Assembly (NCBI GenBank): GCA_029210645.1 | Contig: JARGFT010000006.1 | Coordinates: 25,061-89,060 of the forward strand | Direction of reading: 5' to 3' | From: Anaerosomatales bacterium | GTDB lineage: Bacteria; Actinomycetota; Coriobacteriia; Anaerosomatales; SLCP01 | DNA: 64,000 bases | Shown here: in pieces, positions 8,303 through 17,123 of the stretch | Position numbering within the stretch: position 1 is the stretch's first letter | Layout: each line of letters begins with the position of its first letter | Position numbers and translations under genes: made by a program | Notes under the pieces: generated by a model | Database searches by the model: none | Told to the model about the DNA's origin: nothing | What the model saw: the letters and a program-made list of their open reading frames with translations, nothing else

Positions 8303-9661
8303 TCAGCTGACGGTGCCGTTGTGAGCTGCCTCCTCCTGCAGGTCGGCGTTGAAGTCAGGCGAATCGACCGCAAGGCCCTTGCTCTCGGGCGGCAGGATCA
8401 GGTTCAGGACGACGCCGACGACGGTCGCGAGCGCCATACCCGGGACCGTGTACTCGCCCACGGGAATCTTGATCTCGGCGACCTCCATGCCGATCCCGAG
8501 CACCAGCACGATGCTTGAGAGGATGAGGTTCCGGCTGTGGCTGTAGTCGATGCCGCTGTCCACGAGCATTCTGAGGCCCGAGGCGGCGATCAGGCCGAAG
8601 AGCAGGATCGATACGCCACCCATGACCGGCGTCGGGATGCTACCGATGAGCGCTCCGAGCTTCGGAACGAAACCACCGATCACGAAGGCGAACGCACCTG
8701 CGTACCAGAAAAGCTGCACTGCGTAGATCCGGGTCACGGCCATCACGCCGATGTTCTCAGCGTACGTCGTGGACGGTGTGCCTCCCACCATGGCCGAGAG
8801 CGACGTCGCGAGACCGTCACCGGCGAGCGACTGAGGGAGCAGCGGGTTGAAGTCCTTGCCGGTGATCTCGTTGATCACGAGCAGGTGTCCGATATGCTCG
8901 ATGATGACCACCAGAGCGACCGGAGCGATGAGCATGATCGCCGAGAATTCAAACTTGGCGATCGTGAGCGTCGGCAGGCCGATCCAGGCCGCGTCGAGGA
9001 CCGGCTGGAAGTTCACAAGTCCGAAAGGAATCGCCGCAAGGTAGCCCACGATGATGCCGAGCAGGATCGGGATCGTCGCAACGAAGCCCTTGAAGTAGCT
9101 GGAGAACCCGATCGAAGCCGCGAGAGTGATCGACGCCACGGCTACCAGGTCCCAGTCGAGCCCGAGGCTCGGGTCGGCGAACGGGAACAGCGACATCTTG
9201 ATCGCGATGCCCGCAAGCCCGAGGCCGATGATGATGACCACGGCACCCACGAGCGCCGGGGGCAGCAACCGGTAGAGCCACTTCGTGCCGAACGCTTTGA
9301 TGATGGCTGCGACCACCACGTACACGAGGCCGGCGACCACCAGGCCACCGAGCGCGTACGGTACCTTCCCTGGGTCAGCGACCCCGGCCGTGACGCCCGC
9401 CACCGCCGCGATCGGCGCGATGAACGCGAACGACGAGCCGAGGAAGCTCGGGATCTTCCCCTTCGTCAGGATCAGATACAGGATCGTGCCTGCGCCCGAC
9501 GTCATGATCGCGACCGAGGGGTCGAGACCGGTCAGGAGCGGTACCAGCACCGTGGCGCCGAACATCGCCATGAGGTGCTGCAGCGCGAGAGGCACCGCCT
9601 GGATGACAGGGAGCTTCTCGTCGGTTTGGATGAGTCGTGTCGTTGCCACTGGTCGTATCAA
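8303..9661 (-). CDS. uraA: uracil permease (NCS2/NAT family, UraA/PyrP-like)
   Basis: 452 aa. PLALQHLMAMFGATVLVPLLTG...GKIPSFLGSSFAFIAPI closely resembles the E. coli UraA N-terminal region. Multi-TM protein. Confidence 0.88.
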   Translation of the reverse strand: MIRPVATTRLIQTDEKLPVIQAVPLALQHLMAMFGATVLVPLLTGLDPSVAIMTSGAGTILYLILTKGKIPSFLGSSFAFIAPIAAVAGVTAGVADPGKVPYALGGLVVAGLVYVVVAAIIKAFGTKWLYRLLPPALVGAVVIIIGLGLAGIAIKMSLFPFADPSLGLDWDLVAVASITLAASIGFSSYFKGFVATIPILLGIIVGYLAAIPFGLVNFQPVLDAAWIGLPTLTIAKFEFSAIMLIAPVALVVIIEHIGHLLVINEITGKDFNPLLPQSLAGDGLATSLSAMVGGTPSTTYAENIGVMAVTRIYAVQLFWYAGAFAFVIGGFVPKLGALIGSIPTPVMGGVSILLFGLIAASGLRMLVDSGIDYSHSRNLILSSIVLVLGIGMEVAEIKIPVGEYTVPGMALATVVGVVLNLILPPESKGLAVDSPDFNADLQEEAAHNGTVS

Positions 9662-9665
9662 CCTC

Positions 9666-11084
9666 CTAGCCGATGAGCGCCATGAGTGCGGGCTCGAGGA
9701 AGGCCAGGACGAATGCGATGCTCACGCCCCACATGAGCCAATGGACCTCCCGGGCCTTACCGTGGAAGACCTTGATGAGCACCCAGCTGATGAAGCCGAA
9801 GCCGATGCCGTAGCTGATGTTGTAGGTGAGCGGGATACCGACGATGGTGAGAAACGCCGGGAAGGCCTCCTCGAGGTCGGTCCAGGGAATCTCTCGTACG
9901 GTCTGCATCATCAGGAAGCCGACGATGATGAGAGCGCCCGCGGTGATCGGATAGACGAAGAAGTCACCGGGAGGCGCCTGAAAACCGGAGCCGCCGTAGA
10001 GGGTGTACTGCAACTCGTTCGGGATGATCGATCCCCCACCTACCATGGCCACCACCGGGGCGAAGAAGGCCGCTGCGGCGAAGAAGAGACCGGTGATCAC
10101 CGGCGTGAGACCGGTGCGACCACCCTCGGCGACCCCTGCCGCCGACTCGATATAGGTCGTGATGGAGCTTGCTCCGAACAGACCACCCACGCTGGCAGCA
10201 GCAGAGTCGACAACGAGGATCTCGCGGATGCCCGGAACGCTCCCGTCAGGGCCGACGAAGCCTGCCTGCTCGCCGACTGCAACGACCGTACCCATGGTGT
10301 CGAAGAAGTCGGTGAGCATGATGGCGAAGATGGCGACGAGGAGCGCCGGGGTGAAGATCTGTGCGAGAGCCATCCCGCCGTCCACCTGCTGGAATGGTGC
10401 GAAGAAGGTCGAGAAGTCGAGCGGTGCGACGACTGCGCTGGGAAGCTGCGTGACGCCGAATGCCAGAGCTGCGGCGGTGGCGACGAGGATTCCCCAGAGG
10501 ATGTCGCCCTTGATGCGCAGTGCCATGAAGACCAGGATCGCGGCAAGTCCGATCAGCGTCACCCAAACGTAGGGCTGGGTGAAGTCGCCGAGCGAGACCA
10601 GCGTGATCGGGGCCGGCCGGATCACCCCACCCTGGTTCAGTCCGATGGTGGTGATGAACAGGCCGATACCGACACCGATCGCTCGCTTGAGGTCCAGGGG
10701 GATGGCGTTCATCACGGCCTCACGCAGGCCGGTCAGAACGAGCACGAGGATGATCAGGCCCTCGACGAAGATCACCGACATGCCGACCTGCCAGGGAACG
10801 TTCGCCTGCTGGAAGCCGATCACCGAGAAGGTCACGACCGCGTTCAAGCCCATGCCTGAAGCAAGCGCGAACGGGCGGTTAGTGATGAAGCCCATACAGA
10901 TACACATGAGAGCTGCACCCAGTGCGGTAGCGGTGGCAGCACCCGCGAACGGCACTCCCGCCGCAGACAGGATCCCCGGGTTCACGAAGATGATGTACGC
11001 CATCGTCATGAACGTCGCAATACCGGCGATGACCTCCGTCCTGAGGTCCGTACCACGCTCTTTGAACTTGAAGAAGCCTTCCAT
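9666..11084 (-). CDS. NCS2 family adenine/guanine/hypoxanthine permease (AzgA/PbuG-like)
   Basis: ORF 9666..11144. ATG 11084 gives MEGFFKFKERGTDLRTEVIAGIATFMTMAYIIFVNP, the typical PbuG/PbuO-type N-terminus. Multi-TM protein. Confidence 0.85.
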   Translation of the reverse strand: MEGFFKFKERGTDLRTEVIAGIATFMTMAYIIFVNPGILSAAGVPFAGAATATALGAALMCICMGFITNRPFALASGMGLNAVVTFSVIGFQQANVPWQVGMSVIFVEGLIILVLVLTGLREAVMNAIPLDLKRAIGVGIGLFITTIGLNQGGVIRPAPITLVSLGDFTQPYVWVTLIGLAAILVFMALRIKGDILWGILVATAAALAFGVTQLPSAVVAPLDFSTFFAPFQQVDGGMALAQIFTPALLVAIFAIMLTDFFDTMGTVVAVGEQAGFVGPDGSVPGIREILVVDSAAASVGGLFGASSITTYIESAAGVAEGGRTGLTPVITGLFFAAAAFFAPVVAMVGGGSIIPNELQYTLYGGSGFQAPPGDFFVYPITAGALIIVGFLMMQTVREIPWTDLEEAFPAFLTIVGIPLTYNISYGIGFGFISWVLIKVFHGKAREVHWLMWGVSIAFVLAFLEPALMALIG

Positions 11085-11200
11085 CTCACTCCCTTGCTTT
11101 CGCTCGTCTCGGACAGGTGGGGCTTCTGGGCCCCCAGAGCACACCCTGCGCGACCCCCTTCCACTCGGTCACTCAACCCCGACAGTCTTATGTCAAACCA

Positions 11201-11665
11201 TCACTCCTCGGTAAAGAGCGATCCGAGGTATGTGGCCCGGTAGGAACCGCCCGCATCGATCGCCTCGAGGAGTTGAGAGGCGATGGGCGGACGGAGATCG
11301 AGGGACGTGAGGCGGGAGGGTTCCACGAGGTCGAGACCCTCGATTCTGCCTCCTGGTGCTTCGGTGGCGAGGCACCCCCCGGCGACGGTGGCGCCGAAGG
11401 TGATGTTGACGATGTGGCGGTCGCCGGACGGGTCGATGGTGTCGTTCAGGAAGAGCGGACGACCGATCTCAGCGACCAATCCCGTCTCCTCGGCAATCTC
11501 CCTGCTGAGAGCCTCTGCGAGGCTCTCTCCCCTCTCGACGCCGCCCCCGGGTAGCAGGTGATACCTTCGACCATTCTTCAGGTGCCTGACGAGTAGGACT
11601 TTCCCGTCGATGACGAGCAGTGCTGCAACCCGGATACGGGGGTGGTCACACGCCGGTGCTGCCAA
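11201..11665 (-). CDS. NUDIX hydrolase
   Basis: Nudix box [24 protein letters not shown]. The ORF extends to GTG 11722, but in-frame TTG 11665 is preceded by GAGGGGAGGGCGGCT (strong SD). The start is uncertain. Confidence 0.75.
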   Translation of the reverse strand: MAAPACDHPRIRVAALLVIDGKVLLVRHLKNGRRYHLLPGGGVERGESLAEALSREIAEETGLVAEIGRPLFLNDTIDPSGDRHIVNITFGATVAGGCLATEAPGGRIEGLDLVEPSRLTSLDLRPPIASQLLEAIDAGGSYRATYLGSLFTEE

Positions 11666-12089
11666 AGCCGCCCTCCCCTCTGACCGTCTCGTCGAGGGAC
11701 TCGACCTCGGACAGCTGGACACGGGCGACCGGCTGGATGACGAGCTGCGCGATCTTGTCGCCGCGCGCGAGGCTGATAGACGTCTCGGGGTCGAGGTTGA
11801 TCGCGATCACCTTGATCTCGCCGCGGTAGTGACTGTCGATGAGACCGGGTGTATTGACCAGGGAGAGGCCGGTGCGCAGCGCGAGTCCGCTTCGTGGCTG
11901 GACGAAGCCGGCATACCCCTCTGGGATAGCCACTGCGATGCCGGTGGGCACGAGCCCGCGCTCGAACGGGCGCAGCGTGATCGGCTCGGTGGCGAAAAGG
12001 TCGAGGCCCGCATCACCCTCGTGAGCGTAAGCCGGCAGAGGCAGACCGGTGTCGACACGTTTGATCGGAAGGCGCACCGGTCCGCTCAC
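11646..12089 (-). CDS. dut: dUTP diphosphatase
   Basis: Motifs [30 protein letters not shown] 12089 overlaps the nrdG stop (GTGA). The ORF track starts 36 nt further upstream. Confidence 0.92.
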   Translation of the reverse strand: MSGPVRLPIKRVDTGLPLPAYAHEGDAGLDLFATEPITLRPFERGLVPTGIAVAIPEGYAGFVQPRSGLALRTGLSLVNTPGLIDSHYRGEIKVIAINLDPETSISLARGDKIAQLVIQPVARVQLSEVESLDETVRGEGGFGSTGV

Positions 12090-12829
12090 ACCCCTCTCGC
12101 GATCGTCGGCAGGTACTCCGAACACGCGCCAATCGCTGCGGTGATCACGCTGGCGGAGAGCGGGGCGATGACAGCCGCTCCGGGATCAAGAGTCTGACCA
12201 GGGCGGAACTGCTGCAGGACGTAGAGATCGCCGCCCGCGAGGAGCTGCGCGAGAGCGGGCAACTCGGATGCGTCGATTAGCGGTGGGTACACGGTCGTCC
12301 GGAACTCGTGAGCGACGCCCGATCGGCGGACAACGTCGATGCTGGCGAGCACCGAGTCGCCCGAGGTTGCGGGACCGATCGTGTCGTAGCGATGCGGGAG
12401 CGTCTTCACGTCGAGCGCGACGTACTCGACGAGTCCGGAGTCCAGGACGTGCTGCAGCATCTGCGGAGCGGTCCCGTTGGTGTCGAGTTTGACCGGGATG
12501 CCCTTCGACGCGAGGGCCTCCAGGATGTCGAGGAGGTCAGGCGAGGCAGTCGGCTCGCCTCCGGTAAGCACCACGCCATCCAGCCACCCCCGTCGGACCG
12601 AGAAGTGCGTAAGGAGCGCAGACCACGACTCAGGTTCCGAGCTGGTGGCCAGAAGGTCGGCGTTGTGGCAGTACGGACAGCGCATCTGGCAGCCCGAAAC
12701 GAAGAGTGTTGCGGCGACCTTACCCGGCCAGTCGATCATGCCGGTGGGGATGAATCCCGCTATCCTGTCGGACGGACACGCTGCGGGCCGGTGCTCTGAG
12801 ATCGTCGCGGCAGCCGGACCCGACGTCAC
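12086..12829 (-). CDS. nrdG: anaerobic ribonucleoside-triphosphate reductase activating protein (radical SAM)
   Basis: [25 protein letters not shown] contains the CxxxCxxC radical SAM cluster motif. GTG 12829 overlaps the stop of the upstream redoxin gene (GTGA). Confidence 0.88.
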   Translation of the reverse strand: MTSGPAAATISEHRPAACPSDRIAGFIPTGMIDWPGKVAATLFVSGCQMRCPYCHNADLLATSSEPESWSALLTHFSVRRGWLDGVVLTGGEPTASPDLLDILEALASKGIPVKLDTNGTAPQMLQHVLDSGLVEYVALDVKTLPHRYDTIGPATSGDSVLASIDVVRRSGVAHEFRTTVYPPLIDASELPALAQLLAGGDLYVLQQFRPGQTLDPGAAVIAPLSASVITAAIGACSEYLPTIARGV

Positions 12830-13071
12830 TGTGCGAGCACCTCCAGGAGTGCCTCCCGGCGAGGAGGCTCGCCGCGCCACCCGGCGATCTCCTGACCGCG
12901 CGAGTCGAGAACGAGCAGCGTGGGGGTGGCCAGCACGCCGAAGAAGGATGCCTCGGCAAGGCCATCGATACTGGCCACATCGTAGATCTCGACCGCGTCG
13001 AGGCCCTCACACACCCGCTTTGCAGCGGGACAGCGCGGGCACTGGTCCTTCACGAACAGCTTGACGTTCAA
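12826..13071 (-). CDS. small thioredoxin-fold redoxin (NrdH/glutaredoxin-like, CPRC active site)
   Basis: 81 aa, MNVKLFVKDQCPRCPAAKRV..., with a cis-Pro-like TPTL segment. Lies between nrdD and nrdG. Confidence 0.75.
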   Translation of the reverse strand: MNVKLFVKDQCPRCPAAKRVCEGLDAVEIYDVASIDGLAEASFFGVLATPTLLVLDSRGQEIAGWRGEPPRREALLEVLAQ

Positions 13072-13127
13072 CGCCCCTCCTCGTTCTCGCTCCGAGCGGC
13101 CGGATCACCCGGTGGCGGCCCGGCTCT

Positions 13128-15242
13128 TCAGTTCCGAAGCCCGGTTCGCACACGGTCGTACAACTCGCCCACCTTGCTCTGGTTCCACGTCTGGACCTTG
13201 CTGAAGTAGCCCACGATCCGCGTGACACCGTAGACGTCCATGGAGCCACAGAGGGTGCACTGCGTTCGGAGGCCACGGGTTGTTCGCTTGCACGACTCAC
13301 AGACGGTGAACTCGGGGCTGAATGCGATCTGTGCGCACTGGGTGTTGCGAAACGTGCGCTCGACGAAGGACGCGATGGCTCCGGGATCGGGCTCGTTCTC
13401 GCCGAGCCAGACATGGACGATCGCCCCGGCCTCGATCAACGGATGGAAACGCGACTGTTTCTCGACACGCTCGATGTAATCGACGTCCGCCTCGACGGAA
13501 AGGTGGACGGAGTTCGTGTAGTAGTAGGTATCGCCGGCGACATCACCCTTGAGCACGGAGGCGGTCTGGGTCGGCCAGTACTTCATGTCGAGTTTGGCGA
13601 GGCGATAGCCCGCAGACTCAGCAGGGCTCTCCTCCAGCACCATATTGATGCCGTAGCGCTCGGAGAGCTCCTTGCACTTGAGGTTCATCGCCGAGATGAC
13701 CTTCAGGCCGAAACGAAGCGCGGCATCGGACTCGTGCAGCTCTTCACCCGTGTGGAACTGGACGAGTTCGTTCAGACCGATCAGACCGGCGAGGTAGGTC
13801 AGCCTGTCCATCTTCAGATACGGTTGGCCGTCGATGTTCTGCGTCAGCAGTCCGAGCGGACCCTCGTCTCCAAGCTCGACGAGTCCGGTGATGAACTCGA
13901 GCTTCTGGAGATGTGCTTTCGCGACGAGCTCGAGTGCGCGATTGAGTTCCATGAAGAGCGCCTGGTCGTTTCCGCTCGCCTTGTACGCGATGCGTGGCAG
14001 ATTGATGGTGACGTTCTGCAACGCCGAGAATCTCATGATCTCAGGGGTCGAGGTCTCATCGAGTTGTTCTTGGCTCAACTTGAGCTTGAGCCTGCAGCAC
14101 TGGGAGACTGTTACCTCATCGCCCCGATCGAAGACGAAGTACGTAATGCCCTGCCGGCTTGCGACCGCGCATGCGAGTTCGAAGAACTCTGCGTGACCGG
14201 GGCTGGCGAAGAAGTCTTCGCTGATGTGGAGGAGCGGCTTGGGGAAGACGAAGGTCTTCCCGGTCGCATCCCCTCGCATGTAGACGTTCATCATGGCGGT
14301 GACGAAGCGCTGGGCTTCGCTCTCGTACTCCCTGTACGTCTTGCCCGTATACTCTCCGCCCGGCCCGATCGCGGGCGTGTCGGCGAAGTGCCGCGGTACG
14401 TTGAAGTAGAGGTTGAAGTCGGTGAAGACCACCTGGCTTCCCCGGGCTCCGGCGAGCTGGTTGAACTCGAAGATGAGCATCTGAGCGAGCTGGTCCATCT
14501 CTTCGTCGCTCTTGCCCACGAGATACGGCGCGAGGAAGATGTTGACCGCCTCCCAGCCAACCGCGCCGGCATAGTGCCCCTGCAGGGCACTGGCCATCTT
14601 GACCATGTGGCCGATGAGCACTTCCGCGTGCTTCGCGGGCTTGGAGACGCTGGTGATGTTGGGCAGGTTCAAACCGAACTTCTTGATGTACTCGAGACTG
14701 TGGCCGCCGCAGTACGGACGAATGATGAAGCCGAGATCGTGCAGGTGTACATCGCCCACGTAGTGGGCCTCGGCGACGTCCTCGGTGAATACCCGGCGCA
14801 GCGCGAACTCCTTGAGGATGGTCTCCGCGATCGTCAGGTTGACCGACTCGGGGTTGTGTGTGGTGTTCGAGTTCTCCTTGTTGGCGTTGGTGATGATCTG
14901 TTCGACGTCCCACATCGGCAGGCCGAGGTGGCTGTGGCGCTTGTGCGCCAGCGTCATGCCGCGCTCGAGCAGCTCGAGGTCGACCATCTCTCGGATTATC
15001 GCGGTGGTGACCGTCATGAGGTTCGTGCGGTCGATGCGGTCCTCGACCGCAAGGGCGATCTCGGCCGCCACATGGGGCGCGATGCCGGCTTCTTTGACAA
15101 GCGAGTCGGAGATGCGATCGCGGTCCCATGCGTCGATCTCCTGACGGGAGTTCGTCGAGACCAGCAGGGCTATGTCTGTGGCATCGGCGCCGGAGCCGGG
15201 CGGCGCGGGCTTGATGACATTGACGATGCGTTCCATGACCAT
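13128..15242 (-). CDS. nrdD: anaerobic (class III) ribonucleoside-triphosphate reductase
   Basis: 704 aa. C-terminal Zn ribbon CESCKRTT...CTLCGS followed by the glycyl-radical motif TRIVGYF. Confidence 0.93.
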   Translation of the reverse strand: MVMERIVNVIKPAPPGSGADATDIALLVSTNSRQEIDAWDRDRISDSLVKEAGIAPHVAAEIALAVEDRIDRTNLMTVTTAIIREMVDLELLERGMTLAHKRHSHLGLPMWDVEQIITNANKENSNTTHNPESVNLTIAETILKEFALRRVFTEDVAEAHYVGDVHLHDLGFIIRPYCGGHSLEYIKKFGLNLPNITSVSKPAKHAEVLIGHMVKMASALQGHYAGAVGWEAVNIFLAPYLVGKSDEEMDQLAQMLIFEFNQLAGARGSQVVFTDFNLYFNVPRHFADTPAIGPGGEYTGKTYREYESEAQRFVTAMMNVYMRGDATGKTFVFPKPLLHISEDFFASPGHAEFFELACAVASRQGITYFVFDRGDEVTVSQCCRLKLKLSQEQLDETSTPEIMRFSALQNVTINLPRIAYKASGNDQALFMELNRALELVAKAHLQKLEFITGLVELGDEGPLGLLTQNIDGQPYLKMDRLTYLAGLIGLNELVQFHTGEELHESDAALRFGLKVISAMNLKCKELSERYGINMVLEESPAESAGYRLAKLDMKYWPTQTASVLKGDVAGDTYYYTNSVHLSVEADVDYIERVEKQSRFHPLIEAGAIVHVWLGENEPDPGAIASFVERTFRNTQCAQIAFSPEFTVCESCKRTTRGLRTQCTLCGSMDVYGVTRIVGYFSKVQTWNQSKVGELYDRVRTGLRN

Positions 15243-15291
15243 GTGACACTCCGCCCCCTCGCGTCCCGCACGGGCGGGACTACCCCACAGA

Positions 15292-15744
15292 TCAGCGCTT
15301 CTTCAGACCCCGCAACTCCGACGTGAACTCCTCGACGTCTTCGAAGGACTTGTAGACCGACGCGAAGCGGACGTAGGCCACCTTGTCGAGCGCCTTGAGC
15401 CGCTCGAGAACCATGTCGCCGAGGACCTTGGAGTCGATCTCGTACTGGAACTCGTTGTGCAGCGCGGACTCAATGTCGTCGATGAGGCCCTCGAGTTGCT
15501 CGGTCGAGACATCTCGCTTCGCCGTCGCTACGATGAGCCCGCGAAGAAGCTTGCCTCGCTCAAAGGGCTCGGTCGACCCGTCGCGCTTGGAAACCATGAG
15601 GGGCATCTCCTCGCGACGCTCGTAGGTGGTGAAGCGCTTCTCGCACGCGAGACACTCACGGCGTCGCCTGATGGCGTCCTGCGACTCGGAAACGCGCGAG
15701 TCGACGACCTTAGTCTCAGCATGACCACAGAACGGACAGCGCAT
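15292..15744 (-). CDS. nrdR: transcriptional repressor NrdR
   Basis: MRCPFCGHAETKVVDSRVSE... zinc ribbon plus ATP-cone. 150 aa. Confidence 0.95.
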   Translation of the reverse strand: MRCPFCGHAETKVVDSRVSESQDAIRRRRECLACEKRFTTYERREEMPLMVSKRDGSTEPFERGKLLRGLIVATAKRDVSTEQLEGLIDDIESALHNEFQYEIDSKVLGDMVLERLKALDKVAYVRFASVYKSFEDVEEFTSELRGLKKR

Positions 15745-15751
15745 CGCCTCA

Positions 15752-15767
15752 CCCCTATATCTTGGCT
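15752..15767. promoter_or_regulatory. NrdR box 1 (promoter-proximal)
   Basis: cccctatatcttggct matches the 16-bp palindromic NrdR-box pattern acaCwAtATaTwGtgt at about 11/16 positions. It starts 8 nt upstream of the nrdR ATG. Confidence 0.55.
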
Positions 15768-15774
15768 ATTGGTG

Positions 15775-15803
15775 AGACTAACACACTACATATTGCGCTA
15801 CAA
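15775..15803 (-). promoter_or_regulatory. putative nrdR operon promoter
   Basis: Minus strand TTGTAG (15803-15798), 17-nt spacer, TAGTCT (15780-15775). Read by eye only. Confidence 0.45.
15783..15798. promoter_or_regulatory. NrdR box 2 (overlaps promoter spacer)
   Basis: acactacatattgcgc matches the NrdR-box pattern at about 13/16 positions. Its centre is 31 bp from the box 1 centre, the usual tandem spacing. Confidence 0.65.
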
Positions 15804-15863
15804 CGAAAGAACCGAGTCGATTTCACTGCACTTCTGGCTGGACGAGGGATCAGCCCCAGAATC

Positions 15864-16268
15864 TCACTTCTGAGCCACGAAGCCCTGACGAATCGATCCG
15901 CCAGGAACTTCGAGCAACTGCCCGGCGTGCACGACGGAACTCTCGAGCCCGTTGATCTGACGCAGCACATCCACAGTCTCATCCGTAGTCAGACCCGACA
16001 GCGGATTGGCACGAGCGAGGGTCCAGAGGGAGTCCCCCTGCACGACCCTTACAGGTCGCGTGCGTACCTCGTCAGGACGGTGCTCAGGGGCGATGGCGAG
16101 AGCTGTCACGAGAAGCGCGGCTGCGAGCAGGACCAGAGCGATCCACTCGACCGGGGCGTACGCCCTGCGCGAACGCACGGCGCGGTGCCCCGGTCTGGTG
16201 TCGGGACAACGTCGGTGAGCCATCGGTTGCGGCTGAGGGAACTCACGCGCGGTGGATTGGATGTGCAT
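15864..16268 (-). CDS. membrane-anchored LysM domain protein, YneA/ChiZ-like candidate SOS cell-division inhibitor
   Basis: ATG 16268 is preceded by GGAGG at 9 nt. TM WIALVLLAAALLVTALAIA plus C-terminal LysM (VVQGDSLWTLA...HAGQLLEVP). Divergent from lexA and shares the LexA-box region. Confidence 0.75.
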   Translation of the reverse strand: MHIQSTAREFPQPQPMAHRRCPDTRPGHRAVRSRRAYAPVEWIALVLLAAALLVTALAIAPEHRPDEVRTRPVRVVQGDSLWTLARANPLSGLTTDETVDVLRQINGLESSVVHAGQLLEVPGGSIRQGFVAQK

Positions 16269-16335
16269 CTGTGGTCGCCTCCTGCTGCGTGTCCGGGTGT
16301 GAGGCCACTGTAGGACCTGGGTCTGACATCTAAGC

Positions 16336-16349
16336 AGAACGTATGTTCG
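16336..16349. promoter_or_regulatory. LexA box A (GAAC-N4-GTTC, perfect)
   Basis: agaacgtatgttcg. Gram-positive/actinobacterial SOS-box core GAACNNNNGTTC. Confidence 0.75.
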
Positions 16350-16354
16350 TATCG

Positions 16355-16382
16355 ACTATACCAAACACACGTTCGATTGCAA
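16355..16382 (-). promoter_or_regulatory. putative promoter of the LysM gene
   Basis: Minus strand TTGCAA (16382-16377), 16-nt spacer, TATAGT (16360-16355), with extended -10 context TGGTATAGT. Confidence 0.5.
16362..16375. promoter_or_regulatory. LexA box B (one mismatch)
   Basis: caaacacacgttcg (AAAC-N4-GTTC). It lies in the spacer of the putative LysM-gene promoter. Centre is 26 bp from box A. Confidence 0.55.
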
Positions 16383-16387
16383 GAGGG

Positions 16388-16401
16388 CGAACGCATGTTT
16401 G
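16388..16401. promoter_or_regulatory. LexA box C (one mismatch)
   Basis: cgaacgcatgtttg (GAAC-N4-GTTT). It overlaps the putative lexA -35. Centre is 26 bp from box B. Confidence 0.55.
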
Positions 16402-16428
16402 CGTCCGACGCAGGGGGTGTACTAGACT
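16399..16428 (+). promoter_or_regulatory. putative lexA promoter
   Basis: TTGCGT (16399-16404), 18-nt spacer, TAGACT (16423-16428). Confidence 0.4.
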
Positions 16429-16433
16429 GACGG

Positions 16434-16447
16434 CGAACATGCTTTCG
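16434..16447. promoter_or_regulatory. LexA box D (one mismatch)
   Basis: cgaacatgctttcg (GAAC-N4-TTTC). It lies between the putative lexA -10 and the lexA ATG. Confidence 0.5.
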
Positions 16448-16464
16448 GTTGCGAGGGGGACACG

Positions 16465-17091
16465 ATGTCCTACAAGCGTGAGCTCACCGATCGTCAGAGG
16501 CAGATACTCGACTTCATCCGCGCCGAGATCCACAGACGCGGCTTCCCGCCCTCTGTCCGGGAGATCGGCGAGGCGGTCGGACTGTCGTCCTCGTCCACCG
16601 TGCACTCGCATCTCGCGGCGCTCGAGGAGAAGGGCTTCCTCCGGCGTGACCCGTCCAAGCCCCGGGCGCTCGAGGTGCTCGACTACCGGGACACCGACAG
16701 GGCGATCGATTACGAGGGAGTGCGCGCGGTCCCGCTCGTCGGACAGGTAGCCGCCGGCGCTCCCCTCTTGGCTGCCGAGAACATCGAGGCGACGATGTCG
16801 CTGCCCGTTGAGATGGCCGACGAGTCGACCTTCATCCTTCGCGTGCGAGGCGACTCCATGATCGAGGCGGGGATCCTCGACGGGGATTTCGTTGTCGTCC
16901 GTCAGCAGAGTTCGGCCACCAACGGCGACATCGTCGTTGCACTTCTCGAAGACGACGCCACGGTCAAGCGCTTCTTCAAGGAGGCGGACCGTGTGCGGCT
17001 CCAGCCCGAGAACTCGGCGCTCGAGCCGATCTACGCGCGAGACGTCACGATCCTCGGGAAGGTCGTCGCGCTCTTCAGGCGCATCATCTAG
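16465..17091 (+). CDS. lexA: LexA repressor
   Basis: 208 aa. N-terminal winged HTH ([28 protein letters not shown]), Ala-Gly cleavage site VAAGAP, catalytic GDSM and VKRF. Confidence 0.96.
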   Translation: MSYKRELTDRQRQILDFIRAEIHRRGFPPSVREIGEAVGLSSSSTVHSHLAALEEKGFLRRDPSKPRALEVLDYRDTDRAIDYEGVRAVPLVGQVAAGAPLLAAENIEATMSLPVEMADESTFILRVRGDSMIEAGILDGDFVVVRQQSSATNGDIVVALLEDDATVKRFFKEADRVRLQPENSALEPIYARDVTILGKVVALFRRII

Positions 17092-17123
17092 GTCGTCACC
17101 CTGCCGGCGCTTACGCCCCGAGG

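Noticed and set aside
11085-11200. Possible purine riboswitch or promoter upstream of the purine permease (a TTGACA hexamer at 11196-11191 on the minus strand and a GGGGC/GCCCC hairpin).
   Set aside because: There is no match to the conserved purine-riboswitch core (no UAUNNNG...UUUCUACC-type segments). No TANNNT -10 lies at 16-19 nt from the TTGACA. The hairpin lacks a U-tract.
15263-15280. 7-bp hairpin (GUCCCGC-ccgu-GCGGGAC) between nrdR and nrdD as a terminator separating the two genes.
   Set aside because: There is no U-tract, and it lies 20 nt before the nrdD ATG next to the SD. It is more likely a stabilising or processing structure within one transcript. It is noted but not called a terminator.
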